Shown: piece by piece, positions 19,540 to 28,789 of the stretch
How positions within the stretch are numbered: the stretch's first letter is position 1
Layout: every line of letters starts with the position of its first letter
NCBI GenBank assembly: GCA_937873695.1
Contig: CALMYL010000017.1
Location: 143,214-207,213, forward strand
Length of the DNA stretch: 64,000 bases
Source: an uncultured Ignavibacteria bacterium
GTDB taxonomy: Bacteria > Bacteroidota > Ignavibacteria > Tepidaquicellales > OLB5
Direction of reading: 5' to 3'
The notes under the pieces: generated by a model
The model's input: the letters and a program-made list of their open reading frames with translations, nothing else
What the model was told of the DNA's origin: nothing
The model's database searches: none
Made by a program: the position numbers and the translations under genes

Positions 19540-21198
19540 TCATTTATACTTGTTTACCTTTTGTCTGATCAATTCATTGTTTGGATTCATCTGCAATGCG
19601 TCATTCCACGCTTTAAGCGCTTTTACTATTTCTCCCATAGCTTCGTATACATCGCCAAGATGGTCAAGGAGTGTCTCATTTTTGCCCAGTTTTATGGCTT
19701 TATCAATGTATATTACAGCGTTCTTGTAATCCTTCAGTTTGTAAAGTATCCAGCCGTAGGTATCAAGGTAAGAAGCGTTATCGGGTTCTTTTTCAATAGT
19801 CTTCTTTGACATTTCTTTGGCTTCATTCAGCTTCTCACCGATTTCTGAAAGATGATATGCGTAATTATTCAGCAGCAAAATATTATCAGGGTGATACGTG
19901 AACGCCTGCTCGTAAAGCTTTGAGCACTCAGCGTTCATTTTAAGGTCATCATATACAAGTCCAAGATTGCTTAATGTGTTCAGGTCACCGGGATTTTGCT
20001 CAAGAGCCTTTTCAAGATAAGGGAGTGCTGCACGGTTATCACCAAGCCTGTAATATGAATTGCCGGTAAGGTAATTCAGCCTGAAGTCATCGGGGAATTT
20101 TTCTGTTCCTTGTTTGAAAATATCAATTGATTTCTTAAAATCATTCCGTTCGTAATAGTAGAAACCTACCTGAACATACAGCTCCGAAGAAGTATCAGTA
20201 GCCGCAAGCAAAGATGCGAAGCGTTCATCGGCAGTTTCGGGGTTATCCTGCGCATCCATATAAATTAGGTAGTAAGAAGGCATCCATTCATTCGGGTAAG
20301 CAGACTCAAGATTCTGTAAAATGTTGCGGGATACACCGCGAGCTTCTTTATCCTGCTCTGATGCCTGAAGAAATGCTATTGCAACATCCATTTTAGTAAT
20401 GAAATCAACGCTATCCCTGTTGAGAAACTTGCTGTATTTTTCAAACGCTTCAGCATTTCTATGCTGACGGAAGTAGAGTTTAATCACTTCTGTCTGCACG
20501 TCGCGGTTATTTGGATTTGTACTTAATATCTCTTCATATATCCTTATGGCATTATCGTAATCAGGTATTTTTACATAGGTTGCCGCAGCAGAATATTTTA
20601 AATTTATATCAGTAGGATTAATTACCAGAAGTTTTTCTACGGTAGCGGCAGTATTAGCATAATCATTAAAACCTTCGTAAATATCAGCCATTCTTAAAAG
20701 GACTGTTTCATCGTACTGGTAATTTTCAGTAATATTTTCATAATACTTTAGCGCTTCTGAAGGCATCTTCAACGCCTCATACATCCTGCCCATATTATAA
20801 ATAATGTTAATATCATCAGGTCGTTTTTCATAAATATCTTTAAGATACTTTAATGCGTTATTATAGTCGCCAAGAATAATATAAGTATCAGAAACCTGCT
20901 CTTTGTAAGTTAAGTTTTCGGGGTTAATTTTTATAGCTGCAAGGCCATACTCCAGCGCTTTTTGATGCTGCGTAACATTGGTATATAGTTTTGAAAGCGC
21001 GAAGTATATCCCCGCGGCTTTTTCGATCTTCAAAGCATCATTGTATTTGCTGATTGCGGCAAGATAGTTATCTTTAAGTTCAAGGGTCTTTGCTTCAATA
21101 AAAAGCTCAACCGCTTTAGGGTTTGAAGGGTCATCCTGAGCAAAATTATTGCCAAAAACAGCAAAAAACAGAACAAAAATTAAGAAAATTCTTTTCAT
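19540..21198 (-). CDS. Secreted tetratricopeptide (TPR) repeat protein
   Basis: 552 aa with a signal peptide (MKRIFLIFVLFFAVFGNNFAQ). The rest is reiterated 34-aa TPR-like units (A..Y......P.N). Confidence 0.8.
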   Translation of the reverse strand: MKRIFLIFVLFFAVFGNNFAQDDPSNPKAVELFIEAKTLELKDNYLAAISKYNDALKIEKAAGIYFALSKLYTNVTQHQKALEYGLAAIKINPENLTYKEQVSDTYIILGDYNNALKYLKDIYEKRPDDINIIYNMGRMYEALKMPSEALKYYENITENYQYDETVLLRMADIYEGFNDYANTAATVEKLLVINPTDINLKYSAAATYVKIPDYDNAIRIYEEILSTNPNNRDVQTEVIKLYFRQHRNAEAFEKYSKFLNRDSVDFITKMDVAIAFLQASEQDKEARGVSRNILQNLESAYPNEWMPSYYLIYMDAQDNPETADERFASLLAATDTSSELYVQVGFYYYERNDFKKSIDIFKQGTEKFPDDFRLNYLTGNSYYRLGDNRAALPYLEKALEQNPGDLNTLSNLGLVYDDLKMNAECSKLYEQAFTYHPDNILLLNNYAYHLSEIGEKLNEAKEMSKKTIEKEPDNASYLDTYGWILYKLKDYKNAVIYIDKAIKLGKNETLLDHLGDVYEAMGEIVKALKAWNDALQMNPNNELIRQKVNKYK

Positions 21199-21384
21199 TG
21201 GAATGGTAAATATAGCCTTATACTATTTTAATAACAAAGTAAAAATGCGGTTTAAACACTGAATATCAATAATTATACTGTAAAATATGAGTAAAAAAGT
21301 TAAATTAGTTCACATATTAAGTAACATATTAAATAAAAAATAATTCCAATTTGGCATCTAAAGATATATTTTAGAAATAACAAA

Positions 21385-23184
21385 ATGAAAAAAATCAATT
21401 ATCTGTTTCCGGCACTTTCTATCATTATTCTGCTTAGTGCCTTAAATATATTCAGTCAATTCATTAACCCGGCAATTAATAACCCGGTAATACCTGATGT
21501 TATGGGTTATGTGAACATTCTTGAATCAAATGGCAAGTATTCGAACAATTCAGTAATAAATGTGGATTCATTTCCGCATTTTTCCGGTTTCCCTAAAACT
21601 TTAAGCGGTACGACTTTTGAAGGCGGAATATTGTGTAATATGGATGGTGACAATGATCTTGAAATTGTTTTCAATATAGGTTATACCGTACAGGTATGGA
21701 ACTACGATGGTACTTCTGTCAGCGGCTGGCCGCAAACAGTAGCTTCATACGCCCTTGAAGGCGCACCGGCTTACGGAGATATTGACGGAGACGGGCAGGA
21801 AGAAATTGTTGTTACAAATCATGGACTTACTTCAGGAGGATTTATTTACGCATTCAGAAAGAATGGGACACCTGTTCCGGGCTTTCCGATAAATCATGGT
21901 TACAGCTCACGTACGCCTGTGCTTGCTAATATGGATAATGCAGGGGGATTGGAAATAATCGTCAATAAAAGACTTTCGGGCTCCGGAGAAGTATGGATAT
22001 ACCGCGGCAATGCTGCAACTTTCCCCGGGTGGCCCAAGACGTTGAACCATGTGCCGGCTTCCAGCGCTGCTGTTGGCGATATAACGGGTGACGCTTTGCC
22101 TGAAGTAGTAATGGAATCATATTCCGGTTTGTTTGCCTGGGGAAGCGATGGAAATCCGCTTGCCGGATTTCCGTACTTAATGCCCAACAGTGATGTAAAT
22201 TCATATTCATCACCCGTACTTGCAGATGTTGATGGTGATAATATCAGGGAAATAATTTTCGGCACACATGTTCTTGGCGGCGGGGGTTATGTATATATTC
22301 TTAAAAATAACGGTACAGTGTTAAGCGGATGGCCGAATCCGACTACGCAATGGATATACGGTCCGCCTGCGGTTGGCTATATTGATGGCGATAATATTAT
22401 TGATATTGCCGTTGGTGACCAGGTGCTTAGCGGTTCGCCATCTGACCAGCTTTACGCATGGAATAAAAACGGGACCTATTTAGCCGGTTTCCCGGTTCCG
22501 ATGCTTTGGGCTATCAATAACCAGATATCAATAGCCGATATTGATAATGATAACAGCATGGAGCTAATATGCGATGATAATACACAAACCGGTGGAAGAG
22601 GTAAATATCTGGCTTTCAATCACGACGGATCGCCTGTGGCCGGGTGGGATGTAAATACCTCAGGCGCGACATTTTTTACTACGCCTATGCTTGGCGATGT
22701 TAACCGTGATGGTCTGCTTGATATAGCAGGGGCAGGATGTGTAACATCACCCGCAACTGCAAATATATATTTATGGAATACAGGTACAACATTTAATGCA
22801 AATAAAATAATTATTCCTATGTGGCAGTATAACAGCAGGCATAACGGTGTGTACGGCGATAATCCGCTTGTTGGAATTAGTCCGGTCTCTAATACTATAC
22901 CTAAGAATTTTGAATTAAAGCAGAATTATCCTAATCCTTTTAATCCCGTAACAAAAATTAAGTTTTCAATTGCAGGGGTAAAAGGTACCTCAGGTAATGT
23001 GTTTACAAAACTGACTGTTTACGATATAGGCGGCAAGACTATTACCCAATTGATAAAAAGTGAACTTGTGCCCGGCGAATATGAGACAGATTTTAACGCC
23101 TCGGGGCTGGCAAGCGGAATATATTTTTATGAATTGAATGCAGGGGGAATGAAACTGACGAATAAAATGGTGTTGGTTAAATAA
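21385..23184 (+). CDS. FG-GAP/VCBS repeat protein with T9SS C-terminal sorting domain
   Basis: 599 aa with a signal peptide. Repeated Ca-binding-like loops: DGDNDLEIV, DIDGDGQEEIVV, DVDGDNIREIIF, YIDGDNIIDIAV, DIDNDNSMELI, DVNRDGLLDI. C-terminus LKQNYPNPFNPVTKIKF...MVLVK. Confidence 0.8.
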   Translation: MKKINYLFPALSIIILLSALNIFSQFINPAINNPVIPDVMGYVNILESNGKYSNNSVINVDSFPHFSGFPKTLSGTTFEGGILCNMDGDNDLEIVFNIGYTVQVWNYDGTSVSGWPQTVASYALEGAPAYGDIDGDGQEEIVVTNHGLTSGGFIYAFRKNGTPVPGFPINHGYSSRTPVLANMDNAGGLEIIVNKRLSGSGEVWIYRGNAATFPGWPKTLNHVPASSAAVGDITGDALPEVVMESYSGLFAWGSDGNPLAGFPYLMPNSDVNSYSSPVLADVDGDNIREIIFGTHVLGGGGYVYILKNNGTVLSGWPNPTTQWIYGPPAVGYIDGDNIIDIAVGDQVLSGSPSDQLYAWNKNGTYLAGFPVPMLWAINNQISIADIDNDNSMELICDDNTQTGGRGKYLAFNHDGSPVAGWDVNTSGATFFTTPMLGDVNRDGLLDIAGAGCVTSPATANIYLWNTGTTFNANKIIIPMWQYNSRHNGVYGDNPLVGISPVSNTIPKNFELKQNYPNPFNPVTKIKFSIAGVKGTSGNVFTKLTVYDIGGKTITQLIKSELVPGEYETDFNASGLASGIYFYELNAGGMKLTNKMVLVK

Positions 23185-23198
23185 GGATTTTTCAGTTA

Positions 23199-23242
23199 TT
23201 CATCCGATGACTCAAAGCTTGCTTCCGAAGTCATCGGATGAA
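23199..23242. terminator. Long hairpin between convergent genes (putative bidirectional terminator, no clear U-tract)
   Basis: A 14-bp perfect stem TTCATCCGATGACT / AGTCATCGGATGAA with a 16-nt loop. Confidence 0.45.
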
Positions 23243-23251
23243 CATATAAGA

Positions 23252-25624
23252 TCAAAACTCTACTCTTATCCCTGAATTAAAATTGCGATTGGGTGCCTGT
23301 GTTCTTTCAAGCTCCTGGTAGGATTCATTAAGGATATTATTTACGGCGAAGAATATTGTTGCTCTTCCAAAAAGCTTTCTGCTTATCTTCATATCAAGCA
23401 GAAAATATGCCTTCGGTTCTTCGTATTTATAGAACAGATCTTCTTCAACTTCACTCACGTACTTGCCGGTTATATTAAAATTGAAATCATGATAGCTTAG
23501 GTCAGTATTGAAATTGATCAGGTGCCTTGGTTTATATGGAAGGAATTCATCTTTCCTGCCGGATGAAAGATCTTTTGCGTCTATCAGACTGTAATTAAAA
23601 CCGAATGAGTATCCAAAAGGCTGTTTGAACAAGTTAAGTGAGCCGGTGTAATCTATGAGAAATTCAAGTCCGCGGATCTGCGCTTTTGCGATATTCTGCA
23701 CCTGGAAAGGTCCGTAAATGCCGCCTCCAATATTTACATACTGAATCAGGTTATCATATTCATTAATGTAAGCAGATACATCAAGTGTAAATCTCTTTTC
23801 ATATTGCTTTCTGAAACCAAACTCCACCGAAACCATTTCTTCAGGTTTAAGGTCAGGATTAAAAATGAAATCAAACCCGCCAAACAGCTCTTTTTTGAAA
23901 TAAAGCTCCGCAATTGATGGTGCGCGGAAAGCCCTGCCAACCAAAAATCTGAATGAGGTATTCTCAAATATTTTTCCTGTAGTGTTAGGGGAGTATAGGA
24001 ATGAGAGTTTTGGGCTAAGCTGTACAAAATGATTCATTCCCACAAATTTATTGTAATCAAGCCTTACGCCTGCAGTAGTTGAAAGAATTGTGTTATCTTG
24101 TTTATCTGTAATTATCTTGTGCTGATCCTGTACAAAAACCCCAAAATTGTTCATTTGCTGATTGCCGTATAGAATTGCTTCGGGATCTGATTTCACAACG
24201 TTCCATTGCAGATCTGTACCCGTGATAAGGTAGTTTCTTTTTGAAATCTGGAAATCCAGCTGAGAAATATTACCAAAATTGTATGAGGTTATGTAAGTTT
24301 CAAATCCTTTTGAGGGATCTGGTGCAAATAGTACTGTTACCGGGTTTTTAGGGTTATAGAATGAAATACTTTTCAATTTGTAATAATAAAATCTGGAGGT
24401 ATATTTTGTATTCTTCCCAGGGATCGCGGTATAAAACGCATCGATGCTATGTGTTTCTTTGTTAATTTTATCACCAATGTAATAATCAGCAACCCTGAAT
24501 GGCATTGAATAACCCCCCGCATCTTTTCTCCAGTAGTGCGGGAAATCACTTTTTGATTTGGTATACTGCAGTGTTATCTCCAGATCACGGTTATTTATAA
24601 CATCATACATCAGCTTGGCAAGTCCGCTGTAAAAATTGTAACCTGTTTGCATAGCGTGACCATCATTTTGCTTAAAATTGAAATTAAGCATATATGCCAG
24701 TTTACCGTATGTATTACTATGCAGCAGATCAAATCCTGCAAAACTTCTTAAGCTGTTGGTAAACTTTAAGCTGTCATTCAGTTTTTCGTAAAAGCCGTAA
24801 TTTGTGCTGATACTGGTGAAGGATTTATACGTTGGTTTTTTTGTGATAACGTTTACCACTCCCCCTATAGCAGATGAACCGTATAAAGATGAAAATGCGC
24901 CTTTAACAACTTCAGTGCGTTCTATTATAGATACCGGGATTAATGACCAAAGTGCGCCTTTTGAATCACCGGTAAGTGATGGTCTTCCGTCAAGAAGCAG
25001 CAGCACACGGTTACCTATACCGCCGCCGGCTACATCGCTTGAGCCTCTTATTGATAAACTTTGAACATTAATGCCGCTGGTTTTAAAAATTGTAACTCCC
25101 TGCACATCGCTTAATACATCGTCAAAAGTCAGGGGATTGCGGTTTCTGATATCATCAGATGAAACAATTGAAATAGAAGATGGTGTTTGCTTAAGAGTAA
25201 GCTCTGTCTTTGTTGCTGTAACGTTTATCTTATCTGTCTCGATATTAACAGGGGTCAAAAATATATTAATGTTCTTTGTTTCATTTGCTGAAATTGTAAT
25301 ATCAGTCAGCTCTTCCTTTTCGTAGCCAAGCCGTATAGTTGAAATTTTGTAAATTCCTGCAGGCACACTTTTAAATTCATAGTTACCAATCAGGTCGCTG
25401 CTGGTTTCAGCCTTATATTTTCCGGAGCCGTCATTAGATTCCAGTTTTATTTTTGTATAACTTACAAGGCCGTCATTGGTCAGATCAATGACCTTACCCG
25501 TTATTTTGGATGAATATTCCTCGGCGTAGCAAAGGTTAAATGCTATTAAAATTAAACACAGCACTTTACTTATTGAAAGTAAAGTGCTGTGTGAAAAAAT
25601 GTATTTTGATGAAATACGATACAT
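23252..25624 (-). CDS. TonB-dependent outer-membrane receptor with N-terminal carboxypeptidase-regulatory-like domain
   Basis: 790 aa. Signal peptide, then a CarboxypepD_reg-like segment (ITGKVIDLTNDGLV...GIYKISTIRLGYE), a plug region (IERTEVVKGAFSSLYGSSAIGGVVNVITK), and a beta-barrel ending ...NFNSGIRVEF. Confidence 0.85.
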   Translation of the reverse strand: MYRISSKYIFSHSTLLSISKVLCLILIAFNLCYAEEYSSKITGKVIDLTNDGLVSYTKIKLESNDGSGKYKAETSSDLIGNYEFKSVPAGIYKISTIRLGYEKEELTDITISANETKNINIFLTPVNIETDKINVTATKTELTLKQTPSSISIVSSDDIRNRNPLTFDDVLSDVQGVTIFKTSGINVQSLSIRGSSDVAGGGIGNRVLLLLDGRPSLTGDSKGALWSLIPVSIIERTEVVKGAFSSLYGSSAIGGVVNVITKKPTYKSFTSISTNYGFYEKLNDSLKFTNSLRSFAGFDLLHSNTYGKLAYMLNFNFKQNDGHAMQTGYNFYSGLAKLMYDVINNRDLEITLQYTKSKSDFPHYWRKDAGGYSMPFRVADYYIGDKINKETHSIDAFYTAIPGKNTKYTSRFYYYKLKSISFYNPKNPVTVLFAPDPSKGFETYITSYNFGNISQLDFQISKRNYLITGTDLQWNVVKSDPEAILYGNQQMNNFGVFVQDQHKIITDKQDNTILSTTAGVRLDYNKFVGMNHFVQLSPKLSFLYSPNTTGKIFENTSFRFLVGRAFRAPSIAELYFKKELFGGFDFIFNPDLKPEEMVSVEFGFRKQYEKRFTLDVSAYINEYDNLIQYVNIGGGIYGPFQVQNIAKAQIRGLEFLIDYTGSLNLFKQPFGYSFGFNYSLIDAKDLSSGRKDEFLPYKPRHLINFNTDLSYHDFNFNITGKYVSEVEEDLFYKYEEPKAYFLLDMKISRKLFGRATIFFAVNNILNESYQELERTQAPNRNFNSGIRVEF

Positions 25625-26130
25625 TAATAGATCTTATTGGTTGTATCTGCCCAGCTCATAAAAGTGATATTGCCAACACCTTCACTATTAGTGATAGTAG
25701 CCTTTAATGTCGGGTTAAGCAAACAGCTGACTGAATGAGAAGTATCACAGCCATATATACCCATGATTGGACTCTGGCCGCCTGTATTCTTTCTGAATCC
25801 AACCGATATAACATAGTTGCCGTCAGCTAAGTCAGTTAACTTGTAATTGTAGGCAGCTGTTCCATTTACAACCGGAATTGTTGCAAAAGCAGTTGGTCCA
25901 CCCATTGGAGGCCAGCCACTTTCGGGGTATGCAGCTATTAAATAACTGCCTGAGCTCGAATCTAGGAAGTTCGTTTCCACAAAATTAACTGTTCCGTTAA
26001 TTGATTTTGCATCATACGTAGGGGTTGTATTGTTGTTTGTTGTTGTATCATCACCGCAGCTATTTATTATGATACCCACAAAAGCCACAATAACAAATAG
26101 TCCCAAATGCTTTAAAAATGTCTTTTTCAT
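25624..26130 (-). CDS. Lipoprotein of unknown function whose stop overlaps the TonB-dependent receptor start
   Basis: 168 aa with a lipobox (IINSCGDD). The stop overlaps the receptor start (TAATG). The C-terminal domain of about 125 aa is homologous to the C-terminus of the 31856..32971 protein; both end in SWAD(T/S)..(I)(Y/F). Confidence 0.6.
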   Translation of the reverse strand: MKKTFLKHLGLFVIVAFVGIIINSCGDDTTTNNNTTPTYDAKSINGTVNFVETNFLDSSSGSYLIAAYPESGWPPMGGPTAFATIPVVNGTAAYNYKLTDLADGNYVISVGFRKNTGGQSPIMGIYGCDTSHSVSCLLNPTLKATITNSEGVGNITFMSWADTTNKIY

Positions 26131-26402
26131 CTAAATTTATTATTGATTTTTGATAATTAGTTAATTGTAAATCTTGATACAAAATTAAATATAGATGTCA
26201 TATTAAAATATGACTTATATCATAAGCCAATAAGATTTTGGTCAGTTTTTATGATATTTTGTTAAAATTCAGCAAAAATGAGTCTAAAACGAAAAATATG
26301 CTATCAGCGTAGGCAGCAGGAGCCACAAAATTCCTTTGATCAAAAAAAATAAAAAACCCAGAAATCCTATTTTCCTGAGTTTCTGTCTTAAACCATCGTT
26401 TA

Positions 26403-26744
26403 TCATCTGGAAATCACTTCATATGTCTTAAAACTTGAACTCATTGGCGGTTCTTCACCTTTTTCCTTTGCCTGCTTAATATCTTCAAAACCCCGCTTGT
26501 GGCCTTCGATAAATTCCGGTGACTTGGTCCATGTCTTGAATGTCTCTTCGCTATCCCAATGACTGACAATAAGATAATTATCACTGTTATCCTGCGGTTT
26601 TAGTACTTCCATATATTTGAAGCCGGGCATGCGGTCTATAGCCCCTGCACGTGTAGCAAACAGCTCTTCAAAGCGGGGCTTATAGTGATCCTTGCAGCTT
26701 ATGTAATTAATAGCAACAAAATTTTTTTCCATATAGTTTAACAA
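26403..26744 (-). CDS. IsdG/HmoA-like heme-degrading monooxygenase (ABM-fold family)
   Basis: 113 aa. FVAINY...SHWDSEETFKTWTKSPEFIEGHKRGF aligns by eye to S. aureus IsdG [23 protein letters not shown], conserving the Asn/Trp/His triad. The true start may be Met5 at 26732. Confidence 0.65.
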   Translation of the reverse strand: MLNYMEKNFVAINYISCKDHYKPRFEELFATRAGAIDRMPGFKYMEVLKPQDNSDNYLIVSHWDSEETFKTWTKSPEFIEGHKRGFEDIKQAKEKGEEPPMSSSFKTYEVISR

Positions 26745-26764
26745 TTATTTAATTTTTTGATTTT

Positions 26765-26795
26765 CAAACATAATAATTAAAATCGGACTAATCAA
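26765..26795 (-). promoter_or_regulatory. Promoter of the IsdG-like gene (TTGATT-N17-TATGTTTG)
   Basis: The plus strand shows CAAACATA at 26765-26772, 20 nt, then CAA at 26793-26795. Confidence 0.5.
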
Positions 26796-26818
26796 GTCTA
26801 ATTAGACTTATTGAGTCC
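26785..26818. promoter_or_regulatory. Imperfect 34-bp inverted repeat (candidate operator) overlapping the -35 of the IsdG-like promoter
   Basis: GGACTAATCAAGTCTAAT|TAGACTTATTGAGTCC. The core AGTCTAATTAGACT is a perfect 14-bp palindrome and the arms match 15/18. It lies in the divergent region between 26744(-) and 26880(+). Confidence 0.35.
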
Positions 26819-26879
26819 TATATATTTATATTTTTTACCTTAATAGTTAATCCTCTAAATTTTATATTTACGACACATA

Positions 26880-28667
26880 ATGTCAAAAAAGCAAAAAGTT
26901 ACTAAACCTGTCCAAAGCAGTAAGTTCCCCGGGATCATATCCCGTTATGTTCTGCCTTTCGTTTTTCTACTATTTATAATCCTAATAACTACTTTTAAAA
27001 TTTCAGGGGATGATGATATTTTTTGGCATTTACAGATTGGTAAATACATTACTGTCAACAATGTAATTCCATCAGTTGATGAATTTGGTTTTGCAACAGC
27101 AGGGCAGCAGTGGATACCATTTGAATGGGGATTTGATGCACTGGCATACAATATATACAACGTAAGCGGCTACACGGGACTCTCAATTTTCAGAAGCTTA
27201 ATTTTCGTATGTATATTTTTCCTGTTATACAGGCTCTCTTTGAAACTTAAACTGGATCAGACAATTACCTTCACGGTTTTGTTTCTGTTAACTGCAGCAT
27301 TGTTTGAGCGCTTTTTGATCAAACCGCAGATAATATCTTACCTGTTTACAGTGATACTGCTTTATATATTCTTCAGTTATTCGCTCGTAAAAAGGGAAGG
27401 CAGCAGGCTCATTTACTTTCTTCCCATAATATTTTTAATTTGGGCAAATATGCATATGGGAGTTCTTTCAGGTATAGTTCTCTTCACATTTTTTCTAATA
27501 TCAGAAACAGTCGGGCTGCTGAAACCGCAGTACCTGCTGAACAAAGAAAATCCATCTTCAAGAAACCAGTTTGTTAAATTGCTTATGTTATACGCAGCCT
27601 CTTTGCTGGTTTTGCTTATGAACCCGCAGGGGATGGGTACATATACATATGTATATTCACACCTGCAGATGAAAATGATGGAAGATGTATTTGAATGGCG
27701 CTCACCCTTTGACAAAATTTTCGCAGGCACTATGTATGTTTATGTATATTACATATTCATTGCAGCCGCGCTGGCAGTATTATATTATGCTTTTAAGAGA
27801 AAGGATATCTTATCAGGTGCTGTAGTTCTAATCTTTCTTATATTTTCAACCAGGACTGCAAGATTTTCGATTGATTTTATGCTGGTAACTACTCCGTTTA
27901 TTTTTTTGGCGCTCACATATTTTCTTAAAAGCACTGCGCAAAAGAAGCCTGCCGGAACAGGTAATGCGCTGTTTGCTAAAGTCATTCCAGCAGTTTTATC
28001 AGCAGTGTTAATTGCAGGCATTATACTCCTGCCGGGAAATAATTTGTATTCAATCTTCAATTATGACAGGATCACAGGCTTTGGTGTTGATGAGAACGCG
28101 TATCCGGTGAAAGCTGTGAATTTTATCAAAGAAAACAGAATTGCTGACCCCAAAAGCAGGCCATTTAATACTTATGATTGCGGCGGCTATTTGATTTGGG
28201 AGATAAATGGTGCGAAAAATTTCATCGATAGCAGGGGATTAAATGATGAAATATATTACAGCTTTAAATCCATTAATAATAAAGAGTATGGATTCGAAAA
28301 GAAATTTGACAGCTACGGATTTGATTATGTTCTATGGTCATTCCCCAAATTGCCGTGGAATAATACTGAACTTAAGACTTCAATACTATCATTCCTGATA
28401 AAAAATAATGAGAACTGGAAGCTGGTTTACTGGGATGACTTTTCTTTTGTTTTTGTAAAGAATGATGAAAAGTACAAAAAAGTAATTGAGCAATTTGAAT
28501 TCAGGTACGCCAATCCGTACTATTACGTTTTCGAAAAAGATCCTCTAAAGAATGCTTTGGCAAATGATCCGCAAAGAGTCACTGAAGAAATAAAACGTAA
28601 CCTGAAGCTTAATCCTGAGGGTATATTTATTCAGGCAATGGCTAAGAGCTTTAATGTGAGGATGTGA
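26880..28667 (+). CDS. Polytopic membrane protein, possible GT-C-like glycosyltransferase
   Basis: 595 aa with about 12 hydrophobic helices. Acidic loop SGDDDIFWHLQIGKY and a soluble C-terminal domain of about 200 aa. No confident family assignment. Confidence 0.45.
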   Translation: MSKKQKVTKPVQSSKFPGIISRYVLPFVFLLFIILITTFKISGDDDIFWHLQIGKYITVNNVIPSVDEFGFATAGQQWIPFEWGFDALAYNIYNVSGYTGLSIFRSLIFVCIFFLLYRLSLKLKLDQTITFTVLFLLTAALFERFLIKPQIISYLFTVILLYIFFSYSLVKREGSRLIYFLPIIFLIWANMHMGVLSGIVLFTFFLISETVGLLKPQYLLNKENPSSRNQFVKLLMLYAASLLVLLMNPQGMGTYTYVYSHLQMKMMEDVFEWRSPFDKIFAGTMYVYVYYIFIAAALAVLYYAFKRKDILSGAVVLIFLIFSTRTARFSIDFMLVTTPFIFLALTYFLKSTAQKKPAGTGNALFAKVIPAVLSAVLIAGIILLPGNNLYSIFNYDRITGFGVDENAYPVKAVNFIKENRIADPKSRPFNTYDCGGYLIWEINGAKNFIDSRGLNDEIYYSFKSINNKEYGFEKKFDSYGFDYVLWSFPKLPWNNTELKTSILSFLIKNNENWKLVYWDDFSFVFVKNDEKYKKVIEQFEFRYANPYYYVFEKDPLKNALANDPQRVTEEIKRNLKLNPEGIFIQAMAKSFNVRM

Positions 28668-28743
28668 AACCTTCCCGGGCATAGCCCGGTAAGGCAGGCG
28701 TGAAATTTCAAATAAATAACGAACTTATCAAAGTTTTATGCAT

Positions 28744-28776
28744 AAAAAAGTCCGGTAAAACCGGACTTTTTGTTTT
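28744..28776. terminator. Bidirectional rho-independent terminator between convergent genes
   Basis: A6-AGTCCGG-taaaa-CCGGACT-T5GT4. Confidence 0.8.
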
Positions 28777-28789
28777 AAATAGATATTCT

